64,000 nucleotides of DNA, from the NCBI GenBank assembly GCA_918234285.1, contig CAKJXZ020000020.1, forward strand, positions 14,777 through 78,776, read 5' to 3'. Both the position numbers and the translations under genes were made by a program. Of this stretch, positions 9,329-18,903 are shown in pieces. Positions within the stretch are counted from its first letter, which is position 1. Each line of letters starts with the position of its first letter. The notes beneath the pieces were generated by a model that did not search any database, was not told the DNA's origin, and saw only the letters and a list, made by a program, of their open reading frames with translations. Source of the stretch: Pseudomonadota bacterium. GTDB taxonomy: Bacteria > Pseudomonadota > Alphaproteobacteria > RF32 > CAG-239.

Positions 9329-11425
9329 GTGGAATCAAAAACCTCATCTCAGGCGCAACTTACGATTGTCGTTTTCGTGCACAATATGGCAAAACATTTA
9401 TCACGGTGTTTGCATAGCCTTTGCCGACAAACCTTAAAAGATATAAAAATCATTTGCGTAAACGACGGCTCTACCGATTCCGGGTTGCGAATTTTACGGG
9501 ATTTTGCCCAAAAGGATTCCCGCATCAGCATAATAAATCAAAAACGCAAAGGTTCCGGGTGTGCCAAAAACAGAGCGCTGAAACTGGTTAAAACTCCGTA
9601 TGTTACCTTTATCAACGGCAACGACCGTTTAGAAACCGGAGCATACAAAAAATGTCTGGGATTTTTTGCCGATAACATCGATGTTGTTTGCTTCGGCAGC
9701 AAAAAAATCTCCGCTTTGCCTTCGGAACAAGATGTCAACAATAATGCCGGCCTCAGCGGCAAAAAAGAAACCGACACCAATATTATTGAGCAAGTCGATA
9801 AGCACCTCGGAAGCAAACTGTTCAGAATCTCCGTCATAAGAGAATATAACCTCAAATTCGAACGTCTGCCTTATTACGAGGATATTTGTTTTTATCATTG
9901 CTATATGGCCGCCACCAAAAATATTTACGTCATTCCCGATATATATTACAATTATCGTCTCGACGGCGAAAAACATAATCCGTCAGATTTATTGAAAACA
10001 TCGCTGCCGATTTATAAGTTTTATGTGCGTTATGATATTTTCAGATATTTTCACCATTTTTACTTGTCGTTGTTGAAAAATTTTTATAATTACGCACACG
10101 GCAAGCAACCGCGCGAAGCCGATAAACTTATCGAACAATTTATCCGCCGTTTCAACTTGCAACAGGTTTTCCCGAAAGATGCTTTTATTATGTCGCATTA
10201 TCGCAGTCCGGTCGGGAGAAATTGTTCAAAAATTCTGTATTGCTTCCGGAAGCACCCGATTTTCGTAAAAGAAACAACACCGTTAAAAACCGCCTATTAT
10301 CTGTGGGGATTGCCGCTATGGAGTATTGGCAATACTCCGAGCCGCAGAACATTCAGATATTCGTTTATGAAGTTCCCGCTGTTTAAACACAGCTGCAAAC
10401 AATATTTTACTCCGAAAAATCCTGCTTTGCCGGAGCCGATAAAACAAGATTACAAGGTTAAGGTCAGCGTGGTTGTACCGGTATACAACACGGCGGAATT
10501 TTTGGCGCAATGTTTGGAAAGTCTTTGCCGTCAGACCTTAAAAGATATAGAAATAATCTGCATCAACGACGGCTCGACCGACTCCAGCCTGCGGATACTG
10601 AAGGATTTTGCCCGCAAAGACCGCCGCATCAAGATAATAAATCAAGAAAACCAAGGTCTGTCTTGTTCGCGCAACGCCGGTATTATGCGCGCCTCCGGTG
10701 AATATATCGGATTTGTGGATTCCGATGATATGGTGGCGGATAATTTTTACGAATGTTTATATAAACGCGCCGTTGCAACTTCGGCCGATATAGCCGCGGC
10801 CAATATTATCCGGGTGAACAACAACGGGCAGAGTATGTTTTTGGATTATAAAAAGAATGAAACCGTCGAGTTGATACAGGATAAGTTCAGAGTTTTGAGA
10901 ATTCCTGATTTCAACTATGTTTGGAATCGAATCTATGCTGCCGGTTTGTTTACGGATAAAGATGCTTATTTTCCGGAACATCTCTATTATGAAGACATAA
11001 TATGGACGCCGAAGATGTTGCTTAAATCCCGCAAAATCTCCACAATAACACAAACTTGCTATTATTATCGGCAAAATGCCAACTCCATCATGTCTACCTC
11101 GAGATTTTCCGCCATAAAAACCCGGCACGCACACAATCATCTGAGATGGGAAGATGATTTTATAGAAAAATACCGTATAAACGAACAAACTGAAACCTAT
11201 AAATTGTTTAATTCGCTTTATTTATATAAAATCGCCAAAGGCAAAGATTATGAAAAGCACTATTTGTTTGGCTTTATTCCGCTTAAGTTTAAGCGTAACC
11301 GTAGGAATGTTCAAGAATTCGGCTGGTTTGGTATTCCTCTTGTTAAAATATCTTCCGCCGCCGATTGCGCCAGTCAGGAATACCGCATTTTAGGGATAAA
11401 ATTCATTAAACGGCAGATAAAATAA
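9329..11425 (+). CDS. Glycosyltransferase family 2 with two tandem GT-A domains
   Basis: Two copies of SLCRQTLKDI.IIC(V/I)NDGSTDS; the second domain has VVPVYN and FVDSDD. Confidence 0.88.
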   Translation: MESKTSSQAQLTIVVFVHNMAKHLSRCLHSLCRQTLKDIKIICVNDGSTDSGLRILRDFAQKDSRISIINQKRKGSGCAKNRALKLVKTPYVTFINGNDRLETGAYKKCLGFFADNIDVVCFGSKKISALPSEQDVNNNAGLSGKKETDTNIIEQVDKHLGSKLFRISVIREYNLKFERLPYYEDICFYHCYMAATKNIYVIPDIYYNYRLDGEKHNPSDLLKTSLPIYKFYVRYDIFRYFHHFYLSLLKNFYNYAHGKQPREADKLIEQFIRRFNLQQVFPKDAFIMSHYRSPVGRNCSKILYCFRKHPIFVKETTPLKTAYYLWGLPLWSIGNTPSRRTFRYSFMKFPLFKHSCKQYFTPKNPALPEPIKQDYKVKVSVVVPVYNTAEFLAQCLESLCRQTLKDIEIICINDGSTDSSLRILKDFARKDRRIKIINQENQGLSCSRNAGIMRASGEYIGFVDSDDMVADNFYECLYKRAVATSADIAAANIIRVNNNGQSMFLDYKKNETVELIQDKFRVLRIPDFNYVWNRIYAAGLFTDKDAYFPEHLYYEDIIWTPKMLLKSRKISTITQTCYYYRQNANSIMSTSRFSAIKTRHAHNHLRWEDDFIEKYRINEQTETYKLFNSLYLYKIAKGKDYEKHYLFGFIPLKFKRNRRNVQEFGWFGIPLVKISSAADCASQEYRILGIKFIKRQIK

Positions 11426-11478
11426 AGAAAGCCCATCGTTACGGACGGGCTCTCTTATTAATTCAGATCCGAACCGGA

Positions 11479-11988
11479 TTAATATTCCAAATAAACCTCA
11501 ACTCTGCGATTTAAGGCCTCGCCTTTGGCATTGGTTTCAACCGCTACCGGGCGATAATCGGAAAATGCCGCGCCGGACATCATCTGCGGGTCAACGCCCA
11601 TTCCGGCCAAAGTGTTGGCAACTTTGAGCGTTCTTCTGGCGGAAATATCCATATTAATCGCCTCTTTACGGCTCAAAATATTGGTATTTACTTTGTGCGA
11701 AGCATGACCGGCGATTTTTACCGCGGCATTGTTGGCACGAGCCACCTGAGCAATTTGTCCCAGTTGGGTGATTTCCGTCGGGTTCAAATAATCCGAACCG
11801 TCGGCAAAATATACGATACCAGCCAAATGCAAAGTTCTGACGGGAACCGGTTGGGTAACACACGGAGGTGGCGGCGGAGGAGCAACCGGTACACGATTGC
11901 AATCCGGTCCTTCAAACAACGTGCCTTGATTGCAGCAACAACCGCCGAGCAGCAATACAAGAGCAAAAACAGAAAGTATATTCTTCAT
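11479..11988 (-). CDS. OmpA/Pal-like peptidoglycan-binding lipoprotein
   Basis: Lipobox LLGGC, poly-Pro linker, VYFADGS, NMDISARR, ALNRRVEV. Confidence 0.85.
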   Translation of the reverse strand: MKNILSVFALVLLLGGCCCNQGTLFEGPDCNRVPVAPPPPPPCVTQPVPVRTLHLAGIVYFADGSDYLNPTEITQLGQIAQVARANNAAVKIAGHASHKVNTNILSRKEAINMDISARRTLKVANTLAGMGVDPQMMSGAAFSDYRPVAVETNAKGEALNRRVEVYLEY

Positions 11989-12089
11989 GGTATTCCCTTT
12001 CATTAATAAAACTTTTCTGCACGCAGTTTATCGAAAATATACAAAAAAGACAAGAGTTAAATCAATTTGCGCACAACCGCGGACGCAAA

Positions 12090-12992
12090 TTATTCCGTTA
12101 CCCCGTAATTGCCGTTAACCACCAACACCAACAATGCCAAGAAAAACATCATGGCAAAACCGGCCTTAACCGAGATGGTATCGGCAATTTTATAGTTGCG
12201 ATTTAAGGCATACACAAACACCGGTGCCACCAACAACAAGGCCGTAACGTAGCCGGGATTGGGAGCAATTCTGAGCGCCATGGTTTTTGCAATAATCAGC
12301 AACGAACTGAAGCTCACCAATATACAACCGATACGGCGAGTTTTGAGCGCTATTATCTTTTTGAAACGATTCTGCCGGTTTGTTGCCGTTTGCCGACAAT
12401 AGAAAAACAGATTATATAAGCCGCTGACCAAGGTGGAAACCGTCAAATAATAAGCAAGTCCCTGCCCCAGAGAATGTGCCTGTATTGCAATATATTTAGT
12501 GATGATGCTCATCGCCGCCAAGGCAAAAACTGCCGGCAAAGTATACAGCGCGGCGGCGCGTGAAACATGACTGTCCAGCATTTGCCAATAACAATAGCTG
12601 AAACCGCATAAAATCAGCATCAATGTGACAAATAGATTACCCTGATTTAACAAAAGTATAAATCTCTCCGGCGTTAAAAGCCACCAGCCAAAAGTAGTCA
12701 GCAAAACCGTAACCGCCATAAAACGTGAGGTCGGACCGGCCCCAAACCTGGCTGCAGCAAAGAAAATATGCGAATCATAAATACCGATACATAATCCCTG
12801 CGCTATCAACAACAGCCAATAACAGCCGTCGTGCGGCAGCGGATAAAACAGCAGACACGGCAGAAAAATCAAACATATTCCGAAGCCGCGCCAAATTCCC
12901 AAGATATAGCCGTTGATTTTAAAATGCTGATTAAACAGCAGATATATTGCTGTAAAAAAGCCGTATATTAAACCGTTTGCCACCCATAACAT
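12090..12992 (-). CDS. Multi-pass membrane protein, probably DMT/EamA superfamily
   Basis: About 10 hydrophobic segments in two halves; APNPGYVTAL near the C-terminus. Confidence 0.6.
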   Translation of the reverse strand: MLWVANGLIYGFFTAIYLLFNQHFKINGYILGIWRGFGICLIFLPCLLFYPLPHDGCYWLLLIAQGLCIGIYDSHIFFAAARFGAGPTSRFMAVTVLLTTFGWWLLTPERFILLLNQGNLFVTLMLILCGFSYCYWQMLDSHVSRAAALYTLPAVFALAAMSIITKYIAIQAHSLGQGLAYYLTVSTLVSGLYNLFFYCRQTATNRQNRFKKIIALKTRRIGCILVSFSSLLIIAKTMALRIAPNPGYVTALLLVAPVFVYALNRNYKIADTISVKAGFAMMFFLALLVLVVNGNYGVTE

Positions 12993-13044
12993 ACACTATA
13001 TTGTAGTCAGTATAACCGCTTTTTCAAGACCGGGGTCGACATAG

Positions 13045-13077
13045 AAAAAAACTCCCCGATAATATTCGGGGAGCTTT
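13045..13077 (-). terminator. Intrinsic terminator after skp-like gene
   Basis: CTCCCCGA/TCGGGGAG stem with an A-run on the left (U-tract on the minus strand). Confidence 0.7.
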
Positions 13078-13097
13078 AATACAAAAACGATTGTTTA

Positions 13098-13574
13098 TTA
13101 TTTAACCAATTCAACAACCGCATCGGTTATATCTTTACCGCCGTTAACAACGGAAGATTTGGTCAGAACCACGGTCATGCCCTTAGATTTGGCAACATCG
13201 TTGATAATGTTGTTGAGATTCTGTTCTGCCGCTTGCAAACCGGAAGCATGTGTCTTGTCAAAAGCTTCTTTCTTGGCATTGATTTCAGCCAGATATTTTT
13301 GCGACAATTCTTTCTTAGCATCTTCCTTCTTTTCGGCATTGATTTTTTCGTTGGCATCATCAGCCATTTTGCGCAGTTCCTGTAATTGCTGCTGACGATT
13401 GTTGCTCAAAGCGGCAATTTCTTTAGAGGACAACACAACACGTTGCAAATCAACAACCGCAAAAGCGGCCTTGTTGGCACAAACGGTCTTGTATGTAACC
13501 AATGAACCCAAAACAGCAGCAATAATAGCTACCAAAAAGATTAAACCGTAATTCATTCTGTTTTCGTTAGACAT
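13098..13574 (-). CDS. OmpH/Skp-family periplasmic chaperone
   Basis: FAVVDLQRVV, coiled-coil middle, VAKSKGMTVVL...GGKDITDAVV. AAGGAG SD upstream of MSNENR. Confidence 0.8.
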   Translation of the reverse strand: MSNENRMNYGLIFLVAIIAAVLGSLVTYKTVCANKAAFAVVDLQRVVLSSKEIAALSNNRQQQLQELRKMADDANEKINAEKKEDAKKELSQKYLAEINAKKEAFDKTHASGLQAAEQNLNNIINDVAKSKGMTVVLTKSSVVNGGKDITDAVVELVK

Positions 13575-13720
13575 TATAATCTCCTTATATTTGATTTTCG
13601 TTGCTATGTTATCCATTTTTTATATATTTTCAAGTACTTTTTGCAAAAAAATGCACATTATGATTGACCGATTACAAAAATAGGCTATGCTGAAACAGCT
13701 GTTACAACCGGAAATAAAAA

Positions 13721-14815
13721 ATGAGTGTTACCGAAGAACTTGCCATATATATTCATTGGCCTTTTTGCAAAAGCAAATGTCCTTATTGCGATTTTTATAA
13801 GGAATTGGCACGCAACGTCAATCAAGATGAGATTGTGAATGAATATATTTCCGCTTTGCGAAAATATCGTGAAATATTGCCGAAGCGCATCGTTAAATCT
13901 GTTTTCTTCGGCGGCGGCACCCCGTCGTTGATTGCACCGCAAAACATCGCCAAAATCATTGAGGAAATCAGCAAACTCTGGCCGCTGCAATCAAATGCCG
14001 AAATCAGTTTGGAAGCCAATCCCAACACCCGCTCGGAAACATTGTTCGGAGATTTTAAAAATGCCGGCATTAATCGGCTCTCGCTCGGAGTGCAGGCCTT
14101 AAACGACGTGGATTTACGTTTTTTGGGGCGTACGCACGACTTGGCTGCGGCACGAAAATGCCTTGAAGAAGTTGTCGGGATCTTTGATAACCATTCTGCC
14201 GATTTGATTTATGCCCGTCCGCAACAATCCCGCACCGCCTGGCAAAAAGAGTTGGAAGAAATAACTTCATACGGGTTGAAACATTTGTCATTGTATCAGC
14301 TAACCATTGAAGAAAATACGATATTTGCCCGCAAAAATATTAAGCCGCTTGAAGACGAAAAAGCCGTTGAAATGTATGATTTTACCCGCGACTTTTTGGC
14401 CGAGCAGGGTTATCCGCAATACGAAGTATCGAATTTTGCCGCAAACAGCTGCGAATCGGTACATAATCTCACATATTGGCAAGGCGGCGACTATATCGGT
14501 ATCGGTAAATCGGCACACGGACGTTTCAAAAACGATGGCAAACACATCGCCGCCGAATATCCGTTCATACACGAAGAAATTACCGCCGAAGAGCGGGCAG
14601 AAGAGCTTATTTTAATGGGGTTGCGCTTGGTGAAAGGTATTGATAAAACAATTTTCAAACAAATCTGCGGACTGGATATTAACGAGTGCATCAACCCCGA
14701 CAAAGCAACAATGCTGAAGGAACTTGATTTGTTACAGGAAACACCTACGCATCTTTTTACCACCAAACGAGGCTTTTTGGTCTTAAACCAAATTATTGCG
14801 GAATTATGCTTATAA
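13721..14815 (+). CDS. hemW: Radical-SAM heme chaperone HemW (HemN-like)
   Basis: YIHWPFCKSKCPYCDF, FFGGGTPS, EANP, GINRLSLGVQ, YEVSNFA, HNLTYW. Confidence 0.92.
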   Translation: MSVTEELAIYIHWPFCKSKCPYCDFYKELARNVNQDEIVNEYISALRKYREILPKRIVKSVFFGGGTPSLIAPQNIAKIIEEISKLWPLQSNAEISLEANPNTRSETLFGDFKNAGINRLSLGVQALNDVDLRFLGRTHDLAAARKCLEEVVGIFDNHSADLIYARPQQSRTAWQKELEEITSYGLKHLSLYQLTIEENTIFARKNIKPLEDEKAVEMYDFTRDFLAEQGYPQYEVSNFAANSCESVHNLTYWQGGDYIGIGKSAHGRFKNDGKHIAAEYPFIHEEITAEERAEELILMGLRLVKGIDKTIFKQICGLDINECINPDKATMLKELDLLQETPTHLFTTKRGFLVLNQIIAELCL

Positions 14816-14854
14816 AAAGAAAATTCCGCCGATTATTCATCGACGGAAGTTTCT

Positions 14855-15199
14855 CTATTTCTTTACAAAACAGCTGGCAATTCCTACTACTATCACGAAC
14901 AGGAGCGCGGCACAGAACCATACACTCGCGAACGAGATAATCTTGATTAAGATAATCAGCACGAGATTTTCCGCCCTGACCACCGGGACCAAAATGGCCC
15001 AAACAATCGAAAGGAACAGGAACAAAACCACGCAAAAGCGGCAGGCAAGAGAGGTTGAACCATGCTTGAGCATAAACAGCCCTCCTCTACCTTCATGACT
15101 ATCAAATGCGACACAACACGCAGTGATAATCACACACAGCAACATGACCAATAACAGTGCTAAACTGCCGGTCTGACTTAATAAACTACCTTCCATCAT
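14855..15199 (-). CDS. Hypothetical small membrane protein (3 TM)
   Basis: Hydrophobic ORF with its own promoter upstream and a hairpin terminator at about 14817-14852. Confidence 0.6.
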   Translation of the reverse strand: MMEGSLLSQTGSLALLLVMLLCVIITACCVAFDSHEGRGGLFMLKHGSTSLACRFCVVLFLFLSIVWAILVPVVRAENLVLIILIKIISFASVWFCAALLFVIVVGIASCFVKK

Positions 15200-15228
15200 A
15201 ATATATAAAATATTGGTTTTCTGAGTTT

Positions 15229-15257
15229 ATTCTAGACAAAATGAAGGCAGTTGTCAA
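15229..15257 (-). promoter_or_regulatory. sigma70-type promoter
   Basis: TTGACA-17 nt-TAGAAT on the minus strand. Confidence 0.7.
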
Positions 15258-15273
15258 CAAAAAAATGATTTTT

Positions 15274-15849
15274 TTAGGCGTTACCGGTTATACCGACAAA
15301 GCGGTCAAATTTAAGGCCGAGTTCGTCCAGAGAACGCTGCCATTTATCGGCATCATTAGTGCGAAACATCAGCTCTTTATTGGCATTTACCACAATCCAA
15401 TCATTGTTGTAAATTTCCGTTTCCAGCTGTTTCGGCTGCCAAAACGAATAGCCGAGTGCCACCAGTTTTTCATCCGGACCGTGATCGAAGGCTATATCGG
15501 CGATAATTTCGGTGGTGGAAGAAATGGCGATACCGTTACCGACAATGATTGTACCGTCCTTAAAATAATCGGTGGAATGCAACACCATTCCCCTGACCTG
15601 TTCGAGCGGACCGCCGGTATATAAATTGATTTCGTTGAGTTTTTCATAACTTTGCAACGGCAACTGCATGGTTAAATCGGAAAAGGTGTATTTATCGAGC
15701 GGCTTATTGATGATTATCCCCATGGCACCGCGTTTGGTGTGCGAGCAAATATACACCACCGAGCGCCGGAATATTTCATCATCCGAGAGCGTCGGAGTTG
15801 CTACCAATAATTTGCCGTTTAGGGCATATTTCTCATCAAAATTTTCCAT
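15274..15849 (-). CDS. YqgE/AlgH (UPF0301) family protein
   Basis: GKLLVATP...F.RSVVYIC.H...GAMGIIINKP, GGP, LVALGYS.W...QLE.EI..NDW. Confidence 0.9.
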   Translation of the reverse strand: MENFDEKYALNGKLLVATPTLSDDEIFRRSVVYICSHTKRGAMGIIINKPLDKYTFSDLTMQLPLQSYEKLNEINLYTGGPLEQVRGMVLHSTDYFKDGTIIVGNGIAISSTTEIIADIAFDHGPDEKLVALGYSFWQPKQLETEIYNNDWIVVNANKELMFRTNDADKWQRSLDELGLKFDRFVGITGNA

Positions 15850-15931
15850 GTTTGCACACAAGTTAAATAATCTTTTCTTTACTTTTTGAGTATATCATAT
15901 TTTATTATGAATTAAAAGTTTAAAATAAACA

Positions 15932-18604
15932 ATGAAACACCTGTTTTTTTATATAGTTTGCTTTTTGGCACTTTTCAACCGCACGGCCGGCGCTCTGGAG
16001 TCGCCGCAACTTCCCGATGACTTTGAAGGCAAACTGACACGAGAATATATTGCCAATTATATTGAAGACGACACTTACGAAACGACCTTTTTGCAAAATC
16101 TGAATATTTATTATGAAATCGGTTCGTATCTGTATCAAAAATATCCGTGGGAAGAAATAATCAAAGACGATTTTATCGAAAAGGTACGTGTATTTTTTCC
16201 CTATGACAATGAAGAACTACTGAAAAAAAAGCACAAATATTTAATCAACACTGCCTCCTTATATCAGATGGGACGCGATTTATATATTGAGATAGCCAAT
16301 AAATATTTGGTTCCGCACGTTTATCGCAAGGTGCACGATGAATCCGAATTTGACCATCCGCGCGAAGTGGCTTATATTCCAACCGCCGACGATGAATACG
16401 TTAAGGTATATAATTTCAAAAAATTCCTCACTTACAGCAATAATTCCGACGAACTGAACGCTATTTCCGATTTCAAACGCAACAGCGAAAAAAATGACGA
16501 TATTTTGACGCAGATTGACCGGATTGTGGAAAAAGTTGATTGGAAAAAAGTCTGGCTCTACGGTACGGTATATCAAAACCCGCTGTTCTCGGAACTGGGT
16601 ATCGGCGAATCGCAACACGGCGACGGAATAAACGTGCGCCTTTTGGCGCGCAGTACCTATACCGAGGGAAAGGATACTCTCGATTACGGTATCCAGATAG
16701 TTACTCACGCTAAATATTTTGTGTTGGCCAACAACCTCGATAAAGATACCCTAAAACCGCAAATAGACTTTACCGGTTCGGAAAATGTCGCCGAGGTTGA
16801 AGTCTTGTACCCGCTGCCGCAGAAAACCAATGCTTTACCGCAAGCGCACAAATATTTCGGCAATTTTATAATCCCGTTGAAAGTAACACCGCAAAAACGC
16901 GACGAAGGTGTTACGCTTAAAACCGGTATAAATTTGACATTGTGCGATTATGAACTGAACTGCCGACCGCAAAAATTCGATTTACAACTGCACTCCGATG
17001 TAATCGGTCCGGATAAGTTCGACAACGGTTTCGATAACCTATTTTTCAACAGTTTACGGCGGGTTCCGTTGGCGCAACAGGAGTTTTTGACATTGCAGCA
17101 ATTTAACGTTGTCGATGCTCCGGACGGCCAGCAACTCTTTTTGGAAATTGCAACATCAAAAAAAATCAAAAGCATCGAGGCATATATTGAAGATACCGAG
17201 GGATTTACGCAATTTGCGGCTCCCAATTACGTTGTGGGGGATGATAATGTTAAGATTTATTTCAAACCGTTGCAAAATGACGAGAATACCGATTTGAGCA
17301 ACACCGATTACATCGTATCCCTCAATTTAAACAACCGCATTTTTTATCGGGACAATCTGGTGCCGAATATAGCCCATACCTTGCAAAAAACGAATATTCC
17401 GACGACCGTTAAGACCGTTTTCCATGCTCTCATAAGCGGTGTAATGCTGAACTTTTTACCGTGTTTGGCTCCGTTTATGCTGATGATCATATTAATGTTT
17501 ATCCGCCTTTCCAAAAAGAAACCGGAAATGCTGCGCAAAGCAGTGATGAGCTGTGTTGAAGGATGCAGTGCCGGTTTGTTAATTGCCGCGATTATATTTA
17601 TCGGCCAAAAATACACGGAACGCGACATAATTTGGGGAATACAGTATGACCACGCGGCCCCGATGATTTTTCTGTTTCTCGGGTTCGGCACTTTATTAAA
17701 ACTTTTACCGAATATACAAACTTATATCACAGACACCGCCGCCATCAACCGACATAGGATATTTTGGGGTTGCGGAATAATCGGCGGAGTTATGTTTGTA
17801 TTCAGTATTGCCCCGTATTTACCGCGACTTATGAATGTTGCCGTATCCGCTTCCGTATTGCAAGCGCTTTTGATATTGATACCGTTGATAATCGGATTAG
17901 CGACGATACCATTGTTTGTATATTATTTGCTGACTAAACCAAACATGCGGCATTATCTGTTCAGCTGCCAGCAGGATATTACCAAGTTTATTCGCTATAT
18001 TGTTTGGGCTTCACTGCTGTTTATCTGGCTGTTCTGTGCCTTTTTATACGGTTTGTTGCATGCGCTGCTATTGGCCTTAATCATTACAGTTTGGATATTT
18101 GTGTGCGAATTGTATCAAAAGTTCCTTGATTATCTTGACGGAGCATTAGATGAAAGCATTACCGTTGAACAAATTCAAAATATCCGTCGCGGCAGTATAG
18201 TGTTTATGGGAATTATTTTCGCCCTATTCTTCGGAGGTTGTATTTATCTGACCGACCATGCCCGTTCCGCTAAAACGATAAATTCAACTTCGCCGCAAGA
18301 TGTTGCGCAAATAATATCAACCCGCCAGAATAAACCTGTTCTGGTTATAGTGGGGGCCGATTGGTGTTTCAAATGCCAAATCAATCGTTGGTGGACGCTT
18401 AATCCATTGATGTTGAAGCAGTGGCAAGACCGTTATGATATGGTGGTTATTCGAGTATCGCAAACGCCGTATGTGGCACAATATATGCGCGAAAAAGAAC
18501 AATATGATTTACCTTTTTATATTCTCTACACGATGAAATATCCGCAAGGAATAGTTTTAAACAGCGATATTGAAATAGAAAATATGGAATTGTTGCTGAA
18601 TTAG
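15932..18604 (+). CDS. DsbD-like protein-disulfide reductase with N-terminal extension
   Basis: Signal peptide, Ig-like domain with LCDYELNC, TM domain LNFLPCLAP and thioredoxin GADWCFKC. Confidence 0.72.
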   Translation: MKHLFFYIVCFLALFNRTAGALESPQLPDDFEGKLTREYIANYIEDDTYETTFLQNLNIYYEIGSYLYQKYPWEEIIKDDFIEKVRVFFPYDNEELLKKKHKYLINTASLYQMGRDLYIEIANKYLVPHVYRKVHDESEFDHPREVAYIPTADDEYVKVYNFKKFLTYSNNSDELNAISDFKRNSEKNDDILTQIDRIVEKVDWKKVWLYGTVYQNPLFSELGIGESQHGDGINVRLLARSTYTEGKDTLDYGIQIVTHAKYFVLANNLDKDTLKPQIDFTGSENVAEVEVLYPLPQKTNALPQAHKYFGNFIIPLKVTPQKRDEGVTLKTGINLTLCDYELNCRPQKFDLQLHSDVIGPDKFDNGFDNLFFNSLRRVPLAQQEFLTLQQFNVVDAPDGQQLFLEIATSKKIKSIEAYIEDTEGFTQFAAPNYVVGDDNVKIYFKPLQNDENTDLSNTDYIVSLNLNNRIFYRDNLVPNIAHTLQKTNIPTTVKTVFHALISGVMLNFLPCLAPFMLMIILMFIRLSKKKPEMLRKAVMSCVEGCSAGLLIAAIIFIGQKYTERDIIWGIQYDHAAPMIFLFLGFGTLLKLLPNIQTYITDTAAINRHRIFWGCGIIGGVMFVFSIAPYLPRLMNVAVSASVLQALLILIPLIIGLATIPLFVYYLLTKPNMRHYLFSCQQDITKFIRYIVWASLLFIWLFCAFLYGLLHALLLALIITVWIFVCELYQKFLDYLDGALDESITVEQIQNIRRGSIVFMGIIFALFFGGCIYLTDHARSAKTINSTSPQDVAQIISTRQNKPVLVIVGADWCFKCQINRWWTLNPLMLKQWQDRYDMVVIRVSQTPYVAQYMREKEQYDLPFYILYTMKYPQGIVLNSDIEIENMELLLN

Positions 18605-18676
18605 CCGCTGATAATATTGCAAAAAAGAAACGCCGATAAAATATCAGCGTTTCTTTTATAAATACAGAATATGCGA

Positions 18677-18880
18677 TTAATCTCTGTCTTCGCGGTTGAT
18701 ACCTTGCATTCTTTCATAAATTTCCGCTTGTCTTCTTCTTTGTTCCATAACAGACATTTTTTCTTCACCGCGGCTTATTCTGGTTTCGTTTTCCAAAGCA
18801 ACTTCATCTTTAGCGACTTCAACCGTCGTTTTTTCGCGAGTATGCTTCAATGCTTCTTTAGGTGTTTGTGGTTTTACCAT
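18677..18880 (-). CDS. Small hypothetical charged protein
   Basis: AAGGAG SD; follows the 849-aa gene and is followed by a hairpin terminator at about 18625-18655. Confidence 0.6.
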   Translation of the reverse strand: MVKPQTPKEALKHTREKTTVEVAKDEVALENETRISRGEEKMSVMEQRRRQAEIYERMQGINREDRD

Positions 18881-18903
18881 TTTATTACTCCTTTTCTAAG
18901 TTA

